Below, piece by piece: positions 1 to 12,799 of a stretch of DNA of 64,000 nt. The first letter of the stretch is position 1. Each line of letters opens with the position of its first letter. The stretch is from NCBI GenBank assembly GCA_043228905.1, contig JBHGNT010000018.1:16740001-16804000 (forward strand), read 5' to 3'. The notes beneath the pieces are model-generated. The model was not told the origin of the DNA. It saw nothing but the letters and a program-made list of their open reading frames with translations, and made no database searches. Source of the stretch: Azolla caroliniana (taxonomy: Eukaryota; Plantae; Polypodiophyta). The position numbers were made by a program, and so were the translations under genes.

Positions 1-3000
1 AGAATGTATTTAGAAGAACACTAACATATGCTTGACTTGACCTATGCATAGTTACAAAGAGAAAAAAATTTAGTTGAAACGAATCTAAATAAGAAAGATA
101 TCACTTTATGATGCTTATAAATCCCATGTAAGAAACATTGAGTTGGTATATGTGTGCACAAAATACATCTTTCCATTTTGCATAGGACTTCTGTGTATCA
201 TATTACAAACATGAACTGAAAAGTGTTGTTATCATCACTCATAACCGACCCATAATGATAAAAATGTCAACAACATTGATGATGTCTTCATTGAGCAAAG
301 TGTTTTATTATTATTATGGTGTACGTGAGCACCGAACAAGAACCTTTACTAAACAAACCAATGAACCATGTAAAATTCTTCAATAAAGTTTCGGAATTCG
401 AGTTATTGCAGGTGTCACGTAAACGAATGAGAAAATGCAAGCAATGCTCAAATTAACTTTTCCATGAACCACGTTATTGCATCGGCAAAATAATGTAACT
501 TTATTAAAGTGACGGGATTGCTTATTTGTAAATGGGATCATTTTAAAAGGATTATTGTTCATATCAAAGGTATACATAGTAGGTGTATATATTATATAGG
601 GAAATTTGCTAAAATACGTGTATATGTGCTAGACAAAATATGCTACCCTAGTCAACATTGCGGCTCCTACATGACACAAATTTAATATTCAATATATAAT
701 TGAGAAAACTCATAAGTTACACCCTGAACACTTAATTCATTTTACATGCACATAGTTAATGAGTTGAGCTACTAGTGACATCAATTAGGAATGCTTAGTT
801 TCTAATCAACTATCACATAGCAGTTAACTTTCAAATAACAATGGTTGCTTAACTTGTTTCTTAGTTAATTGTAAATCAAACATCATACTTCACAATTCTA
901 TTTTTTTACGGTATAATACATTCATGAAGTTTACTTTTGATGCATTCAGGAGCCCCATTATGACCACCAAAGCATGCATATGTATAGGTAGTTTTTAAGC
1001 TAAGCAAGCATACCTTTTAATTTTCCGATACATATAAGCACATTCTATTAGTTGTTTGTATTTCTTACACAAGATTATACCCAGAAGGTAACTATTTTTA
1101 TGATATTCATTAAGATCCGAAGAAAGAACTAAATAAAGCTGACTAGGGTTATAACTATGGTTTTGGACATTCATGCTCTAACTATAAGACACATGTTGAA
1201 TGCTTGAAAAGCATAGCATTTATTTCACATCAATTCCACACATATGCTTAGAAACTCGATGGCTTAAAATTTCAAGGGATATCAAGGAGACATGTGTGAG
1301 GTAAAAGTGATTGATTTGAAATTTGGACATATTTAATCATGAGAGGAGGACATTGAAAATAATGAGCAAGAGAAAGAGCAAAACAAAGTGTTCGACACAG
1401 ATAGGTGCTTGTTGGAAGTCTTACTAACGTAGAAGATGCTAATAATGATAAAATACTGGGTGTTGGAAGTCTTTCTAGAATATAAGATTCAGATCATGAT
1501 ACAATATCGGCGTTGGAAGCCTAACAAACATAGACAATAGTGGTATGCCTAGAAATAAGATAAAAGAAACTCAAGAACGATACAATACAAAGAATCCTCT
1601 GTCGTATCACATGCATTTTCCAAGCCACATACTTTCTCTACTTGCATGGCTACTTTGTTTATGTGTAATGCACACTAAAATATTGTGGTTGTAGCTCATA
1701 TAATTCACATTTGTCTACTACTGCATGCATACATAAACATAGAAAAGATAAAGATCGTTACCATGTCTTGCCATGACGCTACCATAAAGCTTCGAGAAAG
1801 AAGTATAATGGTTCACATGTGCTGAGGATAACTAAAAAATTATTTTCCTTGACTTTTATGGGACTAGTTTAATAATTGCAATCCATTTTGGATCACCGAC
1901 ATCTCTATGCAAGCTTTAGATGGAGGTTGTCGCGAAACATTCAAAGTGCCTCACAGTAGAAAAATTTTGTGTGGGTGCACACTGCATACCTCCACTGAAT
2001 AGTACCTTGTCTCTTTGTGACTGAAGGCAATGTCTAACCAACCAACGAAATATTAAAGTCAAATTTCTTTGTACATTTTCACATCCAGTGATGATATCGC
2101 CTTGCAACTAGGAGCTACGAATTTAAAGCTTCTTTTTCACCAATATCCTCACAAGTGTGCCCATCTTAATGATATTACATTGCATATGATATGCTCCAAT
2201 TTACCTTTCTTTCTCTAATGGGCCATGCTTTTTTCATAAATCTAGCTTTAATGAATGGGAAAGTGAGTGGGTTCTTTTAATCATGCATGTGCTCACCCGA
2301 GTGTTTTGCGATGAATTCTTGTGTTCGGAAAGACAAACTAGAGATTGGTGCCAACCATTACATTTCAAATGCGAAATTGAATGTTCAAATTTAGCAACTA
2401 ATCTTGGAAAACCTAATTTCAAAAATATCAAGATGAAGCTTTATTACCTTTTCATAATGTTATTTTTCATAATAAATTATGATCACCCAAATAAATGTTG
2501 GTGAAATTATCAATCAAGGTCTTCAAAATAAAATATCATGATTATCCAACATTATCCAGGCAACACAAAGATATGATTGAAAACAAAAAGACTCGAAAAA
2601 AAGTTAATGAATATAATGAATTGCTTACAATAGGAAATATGTGGAAGTGAGATGAAGAAGGACAACATGTGTAGAGTCAATATATATGGTAAATATATTG
2701 ATGAAGGACGGATCGCTGGTCTATCCTATATTCTAGGCATTGGAAATAAGGAACTACGCAGTCAACAAGAAGCACTCGGATGTTTGGAACAACAAATGGA
2801 TGTTCATGTAGATTCATCATATGGTACCGCAATAGGGGTGAAAATGAAAAGACAATGGAAAGATGCCTTGATCTGGAGTTCGGGCAAGGCAAATGAACAA
2901 GGCATATTCTACATAAATGTGAAATTTAGGAATCTTCCTAAAATGATTACGGAATTCATGGTATACATCCCTGAAATGTTGACATAGTTGGAAGAGGAAA

Positions 3001-3076
3001 ATCTCAAAGATAGGATATTAGCTACCATAGTGGAAGTTGAAAATGCATTGGCCGGGCCACAGAAGATGTAGGTTAT

Positions 3077-6000
3077 ATGAATCTTAGCTTGCTAACTTAG
3101 AATATACAAGGAATTGGTGGCACCCAAGTCCAGATGAAAAAGAATGTATTGGCTGTTGAAATTTAGTGTTGCATTGACATAGTGGTGCATGATGTTATCA
3201 TGGTGCAGGAGCACCATCTAGATGGGGATAAAATCGATAAAATTGGAAGCATTTGCCTTGGGAATTGGACCAATACATGGTCAGCAACTACGGGGGAGAG
3301 ACAGATTCATGGGGGAGTACTTATAGCTATGAAAGCTAAATTTACTACTGACTGTACAGGCAAGGGGAGTTTAATAGAGGGTCGTGTTGTCTATATAAGG
3401 ATAAAACATAGTTGTGGGCACTTGGGCATACTGAACATATATGCCCCAATTTCAGCTGCTGAAAGACAAGAATTCTGGTTGCAACTAGTGGCCAAGAAAC
3501 CGGATGTTGAGTTGTGGATCATTGGAGGAGACTATAATATGGTGGAGCATCTAGAAGATAGAAGAGGAAATGCAAATGACACGGTGCAGGGGGCAGAGAA
3601 GTATGCATGGGATAAGTTTTGTTTAGCGTATAATGCGATAGACTATTGGAATGCACTTAACTTTCAAATGCAAAAAGAAAAATCTCTCCGAGACTCTAGA
3701 GTAGGAGGAAGCGTGCATGGGAGGACGATGTCTAGGCTGGATAGATGGTATTTGAACCCTCGACTCATGGATAGGAAAGGCAAATGCATTATTTGTCTTG
3801 GTACAATGTTCTCTGATCATGCCCTAGTTTTGTTGTACATACAAGAAAACAATCGATGCAAGCCACATAATGTGAAGGTGAGGAAGGAATTGATTATGGA
3901 TACTAAATGGACTGATGATATACGGAAAATATGGTTTAATATCAAATGGAGGTACCTTGACCCTACTCATAGGCTGGTTGGGAAACTTGAGGAATGTGCA
4001 CGGTTTTTTCGGCAGAAAGCGATTGAAATTAGAAAAGAGATAAAGGAGAAAATGCAGAGAATGCAATGGACACTCGCTTCTATGAAACGACTAAGATAAT
4101 GTATGGATTGAGGCTTGACTAGAGGAGGCCAAAAGCAAATTAGAGATGTACCAAAAACTTAGGAGTACTTATGCCTATCGAAGTAAGGCAACAAGCTGGA
4201 TGAGGGTAGGAGATCAGGTTACTAAAGGATTTTTTGAAGCTGTTAAATGCAAAGGATCCGAGATTCAACCATCATGTTTAAAAAAGACAGATGGCACAAT
4301 GACCACATGCAAAGAGGAAATGCTTGAAATAGCCACAAGCTATTATACTCAACTACTAAATGTATGCAATGAGGAACTGATTGATCAGATTGCCTTTAGG
4401 AATATAATAAATAGGATACCAAGGAAAGTTACGACTCAGATGATGAACCAAATAAATACCCCTATAGGTATGCATGAATTGTGGGATGCTATTAGGGATA
4501 TGAACAAACAAAGCTATGCAGGAATTGATGGACTTCCTATATACTTTTACATCAAATATTGGGATCTAATTAAGGATGACATGTTTGCAGGGATGCAATA
4601 CATTATGGTAGAAGGATTAATGCCCACAACAATGTGTAGAGGAATGATTTATTTAATACCCAAGGATGGCAAAGACCTAATAATGCTTGATAATTGGCGA
4701 CCATTGACGGTTCTCACCAATGCTTATAAGATAATAGCCAAAGTTGTAAGTAAGAGATTGAAAATAATACTTGGGGACATTATACATACAATGCAAACGG
4801 GCTTCCTGGAAAACCGGAGCATTGTTGACAATGTGATAATATTCTAGGAATACTCAACATGGGCGGAGGAGCAAGAAGTGGACCTAACAATCATGCTACT
4901 CGACTTTGAAAAAGCATATGATAGGATTTCATGGGAATTCCTAGAAGTAGTGATGGAAGCCCTAGGCTTTGAACAACAATGGATCCTTGGAATGGGTGCC
5001 TTTTACAGAGGTGCATCCAACCAGGTTTTAATGGCTTGAAGTATGGGGAAGAGCTTTAAGATGCTACATTTGGTACGTCAAGGATGCCCATTGGCCCCGT
5101 ACTTATACATCATTGCAGTAGAAGCTTTGCATTATCAAATTGTTGATAGATCTTGGCAAATACAAGGCCTTTCTTCACCCGATGATGAAGGTATGGTGCT
5201 TGATACGACATATGTTGATGACACAAAGACCTATGTCAAGGGTGATGCAAACAACTTGGGCAGATTGCAAAATGCAATTGATGAGTTTTGTAGGGGATCG
5301 GATGCTAAAATAAATTGGAATAAATTAGTGGGCATTTGGATCAGTAATAAGCCCGTGTTAAATTGGGCCCCTGACCCCAATTTTAGATGGTTGAGGAGAG
5401 GAGAAGCTACTAGATACTTGGGCTTCAAAATTGGTATGGACATCGATTGAGCAGAACACTACAATCTACTAGTGGACAAAATAAAAGCGAAGCTAATATG
5501 GTGGAATGCAAGAAAACTATCCGTTGCAGGCAAGATTGTGATTGCAAATAAGATTCTAATGGCCACTATATGGCATACTGTTGCAGGCAAGATTGTGATT
5601 GCAAATAAGATTCTAATGGCCACTATATGGCAGACTGTTGCATGCTGGATAATCGTGCCCAAGTCGATGAAATTGATAAAAAATATTATCAATTTTTTTT
5701 TATGAGGGGGGCACGAAGGAAAAACAAGCCCATGCAAAGGTTGCTTGGACCACACTTATAAAAAGAAAAAGTGAAGGGGGGGTGGGATTGATAGATCCCA
5801 TGGTGCAAATGAAGGCCTTCCTAAGCAAACTAGTGGTCCAGAGCTTACAACCTCCTGAGGCACCTTGGAAAGTTCTACGACGACGCAGATGGAATATGTG
5901 GTTGCCGAGACAAGGTGGACGTTGGCCAAGCAACCCCTTTTGGGGTTTTGTGCTAGAAATGAGACCCAAATATTGGGGAATTATGTAGAGCCTCTGTGCT

Positions 6001-7476
6001 ATTGGAATTATGAAAGCATGGCATGAAATTAGAAAGGGGATCACATGTAGGTGGAGAAATGATGCATATGCTCGGATGTACATGCCAATTGTGTGGAACC
6101 CATTGATTAGAGATGTGGATGGGCTGATGATAGGACAAAAAGCAGGCCTCAAATGGGCTGAGTTAATCAATGCCCAAGGGAATGCATTGGTGGAGTGGGA
6201 AAGGTTTTTGTCGAATGAGGTGGCCACTCAAAAGGCTAGAATATGGAGAATAAGCAGGGGTATTCTCAAGAGAATTACAGATGCCATTGCATGCTACAGG
6301 CATACCTTGGAAGAGGAAGAAATAACTACCTCTGAAATTGAGTGGACAAGACTTATAGATGCCGAGAATTGTTTAATTGGCATTAAGGGACTGAAAGTAG
6401 AATCAAATGAGGCAGGCTACTACAAACTAGAGCACGGAATGGTAAGAGATGAGCAACCAGCCTATCACAGAGAAAGGCCGATTAGGCTGGTAGCAAAAAA
6501 TGGAAAGGATATGATTATTGACCCTAAGCCAAGGGAGATCACACCGACGATAGTATGTTGGCCTATAGAAGGGCATTTGGATCAGCTACCATGGGACCCA
6601 TCGATGTATTGCTGGAGAACTCATGGAAGAACTCATGATGGGGCAAAGCTGGTTCAGTTTTTCAGTTACAACACGAAAATTGGGAGGAATTATTCTAGAA
6701 CAAGAACACTACAAGATTGCGACAAAGAAATTTTGGATACATGAGGGCATTAATGAAATGAGACTAGATCAATTCTGGAAAATGATATGGCATGATAGTT
6801 ATGATTGCAAGATAATGATGTGTTTATGGCTTATTGCACATAGAACCTTGCCGATAGGGATGTGGGATAAAGGCCCCAATGTAGACCCTAGATGTATTGC
6901 ATGTGGACAGATAGAAAGCATTTCCCATTGTCTATGGGAATGTCGTGAGGCCGTGACTGTATGGGGAAGGGCACTACGTTTGCTTTGCCATGTCGTAGTT
7001 CGTTCACCCTCAATTGGGGACATGCTTGCTGGAATTGTCTTGAGGATGATGTGGCAAACTATGATAGCACATGCAATGCTAAGTACAAAGGGGAGAATGG
7101 CATTATATGGTCGATCACTGACAACAAGGTACCTACAATTAGTGCACAAAATAAAAAACTTGGAGATCTTTGGACGCTGCTTGCCCCCATTACCATATGG
7201 TCTATATGGACATCAAGGTGTACCGGGGTATTTTCAGCACACAAACACCCTCTAGCTGAATCGATTAAGCTAATTTGGCACACACTAATAACTACACTAA
7301 AAGCTCAATATGAGCAGATTGATGGTACTGATGATGCTGCAGAATTAATGAGGCTGAATTTTAGAAAGAGGTGGTGTACTACACCGATGGCCACAACAAA
7401 TGGAGTGGATATACAGTGGAAGCATGTAGTACCCAGATGGTTGTTCCCCCTCCCATTAGTTGAACGAGGGGCGTGA
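3077..7476 (+). pseudogene. LINE-1 ORF2 (APE-RT-zf-RVT), disrupted
   Basis: Starts MNLSLLT*NIQG at 3077, in frame with ORF 3182-4099. Continues through track ORFs 4146, 5043, 5472, 5782, 6010, 6623 and 6961. Confidence 0.85.
5523..5642. repeat. 57-bp in-frame tandem duplication in LINE-1 ORF2
   Basis: Unit GTTGCAGGCAAGATT...TATGGCA(T/G)ACT at 5523 and 5580, bounded by GTTGCA microhomology. Confidence 0.95.
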
Positions 7477-10400
7477 AAGAGATGTCATGTGGGATAGTGA
7501 ATGTAGTTGATGTGTATGAAAGGATGGCTAGAGACACATGTGAAAGTGTAAGATAAATAAGCGAGATTTCTTAAGTAGGATACGATAGTCTAGGCAAGGC
7601 CTACCCGAGAAAGGGATCTAGTTTGTGTATATTTTAACTAATGGAGTATATTCTTTTTTGGAAAAAAAAAGGTTATTTTATTTGCCCATAACTATAATAA
7701 CATGCTTAAACATAAAATTCTTGTTTGCATATTCAAACAAACATGATGGACTTCAAGCAATGGTAATTGTATTTTGCACAAAGTATTCTAAAATTTTCAA
7801 CAAGAATTAGTTATTTTTACACAAGCACAACGAAACATCATACCTTCATAATAATTGCCCCAATGGCATGGTTTTGACAATGGGCATGAATATGTTTCTA
7901 TGGGTGACCTCAGTACGGGCAAGGCATCATGTTGTCATACAGTATTTATATGGTTTCTAAATGTATATAAGTTAATTCATGGTTGATTGTCTACAACTAG
8001 TTTTTATAGACAAAACAGGTTATTGCTTGCTAAAGCATTATGTGAAATTTGATGGTTTTGGAAGTCTTTTCATTACCTTTCCATCTAATTTGTATGTTGT
8101 CGTTGATTTGGCTTTTCTTAACTAATGGAAGGATATTTTTTTTGGGAAAAAAAGGATGACTTCAACTCATTTAATTTTAAACAGCATACAAGACAATTTA
8201 GATTGTCTCCAGAAAACACTTGCTTATAAATTCATGAGCTTACCTAATCAAAATTCTAGGGTTTGGATATGTGAACATGATATGTAGTAAGAAAATTTGG
8301 GTTGCATAGTTGGGGCACTAAAACCAAATCCCCCTTGGCAAATAAAAGCCACATGCTTAATCCTTGTTGGTATGGTAGAACCCATATTAGGTTGTCTCAC
8401 AATCACATGGTCTTATTGAAAAAGTCATTGTCTAGTGTTTAGATTGAGACCCTATGTGGATCCCCACACCAATCGTTGCTTCTTTGTATATGAGGGATTT
8501 ATGGCATTGAAGGTTGAATTGTTAGCAAGTTATCTTCATGGGACCTACACATTTAAGCTAACTATAACCATGTGTGGTAAAGCTTGTGGTTTACAACATT
8601 AAGAAAGGTTGTGAGCTCACACCTCTAGCAATTAGTGCTTTTAAAACTTGCCCCTAGAAATGGCCCAATGAATAGTTTTATCTACCCCGAGGATTAAAAA
8701 CAATAACATCACGTAAGAGGAAATATGACATAAATAGAGTTGGCAAGGTCCAAACATTAATACTTACGTACTAATGGGAAGAAAAAAGATTCCAATCATA
8801 TGTAAGCTTCTATTGCATTGAGAATGACGTGCAAGGGAACTCAACCTTGTTAAAAGGGATTATGAGGTTTCACTCAATTTTAAAACACTATGAGGTTGTT
8901 GTGCACTACTTCAACCCAAGAAGATGTTAAGAAAAAAGAGATGGTTGGCAATGGTTTAATAATTCACATATGCATGCCAACCCACACATTCTCTTGATCT
9001 CTTGGTGACACATCTATCAATACATGTCTGTTTTTTTAGCTGAACTATATTATAAGAGAAACAAAGTTTTACTAACCAAATGTGATCTAGTTCATATATA
9101 CTTATTGTTTTCACTTCAACTATGATGGTGCTAGAAACCTAGAACAAAGTAAATGATGGATATGGAGGTTGTAGTCAAGTATTTGGTATTGTGTAGCCTC
9201 AAAAAGGCAACATCATGCATGTCATGACTCCATCTACATGCACTTACCAACATGTTTGGTGTCATTTAAGCGCTTCATGGGGTACTAAATTAAGTGTCTT
9301 GACCTTTAGTCTAGCAAAGAAGGGACAAATAAATTCTTCATGACCTCATGTTTGGCAAAGTTTTAAGGAATCTGGAGTATTTTGTTTGGTTCTATGTTTG
9401 TGTCCAAATACCCAATCCTTGAACTTGAAATACGGACCCTCTTTCGAAACAACCATAAACTCTATTGTATCACTTGGAACAAACTCGTGGTAAAGAAATC
9501 ATTACTTCTTGGTAAAAGCAAAAATCAGCATTTGTACTAGCGTACTTTAAACTATGATGGGTAGAGTTGATAGTACTCTTCATATGGAAGGTATCTTTTA
9601 GAGTACCCCAAATCATAATATCGCGTGGGGGTGTATTAAATGTAAAACTTTCATGTGTGCTTTAACATGTAATGACCCATTTCTTAGTCTTCTTCCATGC
9701 CCCCAATTTGGGTAACAACTTTGACTCCTTGTATATTGTTGCTAACCACGAGATTGTATGCATATATTTTTCCTTATTGTAAATTTAATGGAACAAAAAT
9801 AATCTAGGACTATGTATCCCACAATGAGGCGATCATCTAGTTGTTGGTGAGTATATTTCACTCCTCACTTATTATTCGCATGATTATTTTGCGTACAAAG
9901 TGAGAATATTATTTACATCATTTAGAGAGTTATTCTTCTACTAATGATTGGGGTTTTGGAATTTATGGTGTGATTGCTATCCTTGTCAATGATAGGTTTC
10001 ACGCACTATCAATTGGTTGGAGAAAAAGAGAGCATGCAAGGAGTCTTGGCGTGCAAACATGTAAAGAACACATCGATAAGATGTGACAACTCCATGCACT
10101 TAGAGACAAATAAAACATACTCAAGAGTTACCTGTCATTCACTGAAGTTAAAAGGTTCACTTAATTGACTGAAAGAATGTACCCTTTTAGCCATTTCAGT
10201 GGAGGTACTATTCAAGCATGACTCTAAATTCCATTGGTGAGTCTAATTCTTCCGACTTTTGAATATTTAAATTGAGAAAAACTTTAAATTGTAATTACTT
10301 CCATTGATATGTTGGCTCTTAATCTATTTCATGCATGTTCCCCCACAATTTGCTAGCAATACATTTCCAAATTGTTTTATTCTTGATAATGTTGTATTTC

Positions 10401-12502
10401 CAAATAGCTTGATCCATTTTCTTTCTTTCTTTCTGGACACAAAACAAAAAACATCTACATTTCCCTCCACGAGTAGGTGTCGATGACACTAACGATACAC
10501 CAAAAGTTAATTCCATTTTCATAGTGGATACTTATCTAACAATCATATTACAAAGGGAAAATATCATATATGGGGGTAATGTCACTTACACTCCTAGTAT
10601 TTTTCATGATATCATAACTACCAGATCTTCAAACAATAGAAAGTCTTAAGGGGGTACTTTTCTTAAATCTCCTGAATAATGGTGGGACTCCCACGCTATT
10701 AAAGAAGGGTAAAAAAATTTAAATAAATCATCAAGAGGCATACCACTTAGTTTGGCCTCATTAGGTTGAATCACAATTAATTAGTTTGATCAAATTACAA
10801 CATACTTAAATAGCTTTGCTTGAATTGAGTACATTAGAAGACAATCCAATTCGGTTGCATAATAATTCAATAGTTTGACTTCATTAGATTATATCTCTAA
10901 TTATTTGATCTAATCAAGTTGCAAGTTAATTGAATTAGGTTCCAAGGTATATAGTAATGTCCTCTTTTTCATTAAACTCAAGGATGAAGAAAATAATATT
11001 TTAGTCAATATACTCAAGGGTAGTTATGATATATATGAAAAATACCATAGGTATCACGCTGAACAATGATTCACCTCTCATATTGTCCATAGTTTGTCCA
11101 AGGGTAGTTTGGATATTATGAAAAATAACAAATATATAAATGTTTTCCAATGTATTTATGGTAGTGGATTCAAGACATAGAGTAAATTCAAGTTTTGATG
11201 CCAAACATGAACAATTCTCAAACATTTCTTCATGAACTCTAGTTTGTTATACTATCTATGTAACAAGAATAGGGTTGAGAATAGATTTGATCTTGTAACT
11301 AATCCCAAACTTATGTAGTTAGTTGAGAGAATGATTTGATTGCTTGACTTCCTTCACTAGAATCATGTTTACTTTGACATGTTTCATACTTACATTGAAG
11401 ACATGAACAATTAAAAATGAATTTGCATTTTGTTAAGTTTCTTGAAAACCACAAATTTTAGAACCGAAAAATTCTACAAAGAAACATTTTGAAATTTAAA
11501 GGAAAATACGATTGCAAAGCTAGGACCAATACAACTATAAGAAACATTGGATGATAGTTAAGAATATTGGGAAAATCCTCAAATAAACCTTTGTTTCTTC
11601 ACTTTGGCAAATGCCAACCAACTTTTCATTAATTCCCAAAACAGCCTAGATCATCTAACCAAGAATCGAGAGACCAAAATAAATTCATCAAATGCCGTAT
11701 ATGAAGAGCATGAATGTATTATTATCATCGTCCAATTGACAACCACAATTATTGCACATTCAAAACCAGATACCCTTCTAAGCAATGAAATAAACGATCT
11801 AATTACAAAGTTTAACAAATGACAATGTGTGACTACCCATACTTTGAACATGGTAAACAGAGCACTTCTGGGATAAAACATAATCCTTCAGAATCAATTT
11901 CACTTTCGTTACTAACCCACAATGCATTACCAATTCATAAAAGATGTTTATGCATATGGAAAGGTTGTAGAACCTACAAATACATAATGTTATAGGCCTA
12001 AAATCATTGTAGGTGTCACAAATTTATGACAAATGTGTTAAAATGTTTGATATATACATCCCCCCACTGTCCACCCAATAAAACAAAACCATTCAAATGC
12101 AACACAAACAAAGAGTGCTAATTACCCATACAAATTGATTTCCCAATTATGATGAATAAAAGATTCAAACTTCGGACTTCCATACCATTCGAAATCACTG
12201 ACTTAAACATACCACTAAGCTTAAAAGACAAATATTACAATGTGAGTGCCCATTACCATGAACCATGCTAACATAAATTAACCAATAAAAGCAAACCAGA
12301 ACTAACTTCAACCCTAGCTGATACCACATTCTGTTTTTAGTTACCCTTTTACCACCATCCTCCCTCAAGCTTTCACATACACAGGGCAATCTTAAAACAT
12401 CTTCAAACGCCCCCTTTTTCGAAACATATTTTCTTTTCTTTTTTCCCAACATAGCGATACCACCATCACCAATGTTAAATATCACCAATAAGTATTTTAT
12501 AT

Positions 12503-12799
12503 TTAATCCTTAACTGATTTATTGACCAAGGACTTGTGTATGTGAGGGATGACACCTCCTCCTGCAATCGTTCCTTTGATCAAAGTGTCAAGCTCTTCAT
12601 CACCTCGAATCGCAAGCTGGAGATGGCGTGGAGTGATCCTTTTAACTTTCAGATCTTTGCTCGCATTTCCAGCCAACTCTAATACTTCTGCAGTTAAATA
12701 CTCCAAAACTGCTGCAGTATAGACGGCTGCAGTCGCTCCCACACGTCCATTTGCCGTGACTCGCGACTTGAGAAGCCGATGCAATCGACCCACTGGGAA
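12503..12799 (-). CDS. H2A.Z: Histone H2A.Z, exon 2
   Basis: Encodes [98 protein letters not shown], with the H2A.Z-diagnostic docking domain. Acceptor ...TGTATAG|TTC at 12800/12799. Confidence 0.97.
   Translation of the reverse strand, partial: FPVGRLHRLLKSRVTANGRVGATAAVYTAAVLEYLTAEVLELAGNASKDLKVKRITPRHLQLAIRGDEELDTLIKGTIAGGGVIPHIHKSLVNKSVKD

Larger units (their letters stand above)
2652..7670 (+). mobile_element. Degenerate L1-clade LINE (LINE-1), 5' end unresolved
   Basis: APE endonuclease (VQEHHL, GGDYN, SRLDRWY, SDH) at about 3077-4099. RT motifs (WRPLTV, QTGF, LDFEKAYDR, VRQGCPLAP, YVDD) at 4146-5450. zf-RVT (CIACGQIESISHCLWEC) at about 6890-6945. Ends in an A-run at 7662-7670. Many stops and frameshifts; no TSD found. 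Confidence 0.9.

Noticed and set aside
1860-2500. Decayed transposase or gene remnant on the minus strand
   Set aside because: It looks slightly coding-like but has many stops and no motif I can identify. A tBLASTn/HMM search would be needed.
9596-10665. TIR element bounded by AGTACCCC/GGGGTACT
   Set aside because: The inverted match does not extend beyond about 8 bp and no TSD was seen.
7700-12490. Short ORFs between LINE-1 and H2A.Z
   Set aside because: All are under 100 aa, AT-rich, and lack recognisable domains or exon structure.
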